From Azolla caroliniana (Eukaryota > Plantae > Polypodiophyta), in contig JBHGNT010000021.1 of the NCBI GenBank assembly GCA_043228905.1, positions 7,130,001-7,194,000 on the forward strand: a stretch of 64,000 bases of DNA, written 5' to 3'. The notes below the pieces were generated by a model, which ran no database searches, was not told where the DNA came from, and saw nothing but the letters and a program-made list of their open reading frames with translations. Positions within the stretch are counted from its first letter, which is position 1. Each line of letters starts with the position of its first letter. Below, one piece after another: positions 61,334 to 64,000 of the stretch. The position numbers and the translations under genes were made by a program.

Positions 61334-63671
61334 CATGCCATTTCTAGACGACATCCCGATCAAGGGGTGCCAGGTGGAAGAGAAGGACGAGACACTCGGA
61401 CCGGACGAATGCCGGCGATTCGTGGCAACACACATCGACGACTGCGAGAAGGTGCTACAAAAGCTAGAGGTTGCGAGGCTCACCTTCTCCGGGGAGAAAT
61501 CGGCCTTCGGGCAATCAGAAATCCTGGTGGTGGGACACCTATGTGGACCATATGGACGGAAGCCGTCTCCGGCAAAAGTAGAAGCCATCTCCGCGATGAA
61601 GACCAACTGTAGCTCGATTACGGAAGTTCGGAGGTTCCTGGGGGCGTGCGCATTCTACCACATATGGATCCCGCATTACGCCCACGTTGCGGAGCCGCTA
61701 TATGGGTTGCTGAAGAAAGGGCGAAAATTCGAGTGGCAAGACGAGCACACGGAGTCGGTCAGGAAGTTGAAGGAAGCTCTTGCGGCAACACCGGCGCTCC
61801 GGAAGGCTGTCTACGAGAAGGGTACCCCGATATACATAACGGTGGATACGAGTCCGACCGGGATCGGATGGGTCGTCAACCAAGAAGACGAGGACGGCAT
61901 TCGGTTCCCGATCCGATTCGGCGCAAAGGTCCTCAGTGAGCGACAGCGAGGGTATGCCCAGGTTAAACGCGAACTCTGGGTTATCGTTTCGGCAGTAAAG
62001 GCCGACAAAGACTACCTTATTGGGACAGAAGTGATTATCGAGACGGATTGCCTGCCAATTCTCGGCATGGTCTCCGGATGCGCGACACCGGACCGGGCGA
62101 TGCTCAGGTGGATAGCGTACATCAAGTCCCTGGACCCGGAAATACGACACATTTCCGGAAAGGACAACGCCATGGCCGACATGCTTTCGAGGGCGAGGTT
62201 TGATGACGAGGGCGGCATGGTTTCGGAGGACGAAGAAGTCGGCGTGGACTTCTTCGAGGCGGCGTACGTGACGACCGATGGGGCGAGCACTCCGGCACTT
62301 AACGGCTTCGACGAGAGCAAGTACGACGGGGAGTGGCTACAGATCGGTGGTTTTTTGAGGACAATGACGCCGGATGCGTCATGGACGAGGGACGAGGCCA
62401 ACCGGATCCGGAAGAAAGCATACCGATTATTTCTCCGGGACGGATACTTATGGAAGCACCCGAAGAAGAGGAACGGCGTCCCGCTCCGGGTGGTGGCGAT
62501 AAGGGAAGAACAGGAGGAGCTGCTGACGGCCTACCACGACAGCCCTTGGGCTGGACACCGTGGAACGTGGGCCACGTTCGAGAAGATAAAGGGGAAGTAC
62601 TGGTGGCCGGGACTGTACCAGGAGGTGCATCGGTTCGTGACAACTTGCGAGAGTTGTCAGATGCACTCCATAGTCCGACATCGGGATGAGCTTCACCCTA
62701 CGTACCCTCCGACCATCCACTTCAAATGGATGGTAGATCTGGTGACGATGTCGATGGGAGTAGGACAGATGCGGTATCTGGTCCTGGCTCGGGAAGATCT
62801 GACGAACCAGGTGGAGGGCCGAGCCCTTCAGAACAAAATGACCACGGCCGTATGTCGGTTCCTGATCGAGGACGTGATATGCCGGTACGGATGCGTCGGG
62901 AAGATCGTGGCTGATCGCGGGGAGTTGGACGCCGAAGAGGCCGAGGAGTTGTTCGACCGGCTAGGAGTCAAGCTCTCGCTTACCACTGCGTACAATCCGG
63001 AGGCGAATGGGAAGGTGGAGCGCGGACACGGACCGATCGTCAAGGCGTTAGTTCGGGCATGCAGAGGTCAAGTCGGGAATTGGCCGCGGCTGCTGCCTTA
63101 TGCGTTGTGGGCTGACCGAACTACGCACAATTCGGTAACCGGATTCATGCCGGCAGAGCTCATGTTTGGGCAGAAGCCGATCATGCCGATGGAACGAACG
63201 ATCTCCTCATGGGCAGCCGTGGACTGGAGAGACGAGATGAGCCGGGAGGAACTGTTGGCGGCGCGCATACGACAGCTCGAGCGAAGACCGGAGGACGTGG
63301 AGCAGGCTGCGGGAAAGCTTCGGGTGGCAAGGACGAGGAACAAAGCCCGGTTCGACCGGACGCACCGGCTCCGACCAAAGAAGATCGAGGAAGGCGACTT
63401 GGTGCTAGTCTACGACAGCAGCCTCGACAACCAGCACCGAGCGACACGGAAGTTCGCAAGAAGGTGGTTCGGGCCTTACGTGGTACAAAGCGCCAACGAC
63501 AACGGGGCGTACCATCTGGCGAAACTCGACGGCACGAGAATGGCGATACCGGTAGCTGGGAAGCGGATCAAAGCGTTCAAGAAGCGTCACGACGACGAGC
63601 CGGATCCGGTTAACCTGGACCGCGACGACGAACGATCCGAAATCGAGGAAGAACCGACGGGCGGGGAATGA
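61334..63671 (+). CDS. pol: ORF2 of E, C-terminal part (RT palm, RNase H, integrase), open
   Basis: PFLDD, VDTSP, GHRG..CESC, MVD..ADRG..GKVER, WFGPY. Ends in a short acidic tail with no chromodomain. Confidence 0.93.
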
Positions 63672-64000
63672 AGGGGACCAGTTTTCTCCATCCCAACTCA
63701 ATTTGGCGCATGCCGATGGATGCGCGGTTAGGTGGGGGCGGATGTCGTGAAGAAAACCGTCCACAAGCGGAATCGGTGCACCGGAGCGTAGGAACCGGCT
63801 CTTCATGCACGTACGCCTTATGTTGTACATAAGAGAGAATTAGGTACATAGAAGATCCTAGGTAGGTAGATTCGGTAGGTAGGAAGTTAATGGGAAACGG
63901 CTCCTTTCTTGCCTATAAAAGGAGGGAGGACAAAGTGTTGTGGGGGGTCGGGCCGAAGGCTTCTCTCTCTTCCATACTCCGTAGCTTCTTCCTGTGCAGG

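Larger units (their letters stand above)
51900..64000 (+). mobile_element. Full-length Ty3/Gypsy LTR retrotransposon E (sister of F); 3' LTR runs off the window
   Basis: 5' LTR 51900-52512; 3' LTR starts at 63743 and matches it. Trp PBS at 52516-52532. Left flank gcgt. Confidence 0.95.

Noticed and set aside
63560-63742. Chromodomain or env-like ORF after the Gypsy integrase
   Set aside because: The ORF ends shortly after the GPY module in an acidic tail, and the PPT and LTR follow directly.
13251-63849. Numerous 60-335 aa antisense or overlapping ORFs in retroelement interiors
   Set aside because: Shadow frames expected from high GC and codon bias; no recognisable domains.

Overview
Eukaryotic, plant-type heterochromatin: an almost uninterrupted nest of transposons about six layers deep, with no ordinary host gene. 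The element types suggest a non-seed land plant, but this is inference. (1) A large Sola-like DDD DNA transposon runs from before base 1 to about 32357. It carries a decayed, spliced transposase and a convergent spliced cargo gene with a coiled coil and RING-H2 finger. (2) A Ty3/Gypsy family with tRNA-Trp PBS and TGTCG...CGACA termini is present as two autonomous-type copies (33975-40977, 51900->64000), several Gag-only non-autonomous derivatives and solo LTRs. Its 4-bp target duplications are consistently centred on CpG. Its protease sits in ORF1, and RT-RH-INT appears to be reached by a -1 frameshift at G_GAU_UUU_UAG. (3) There are three young Tnt1/Tork-like Ty1/Copia elements, one inserted antisense into a close sibling, plus Copia solo LTRs and an old Copia remnant. 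Most ORFs in the supplied track are antisense or shifted-frame shadows of GC-rich retroelement DNA. All calls come from reading motifs, LTR pairs and TSDs by eye; no searches were run.
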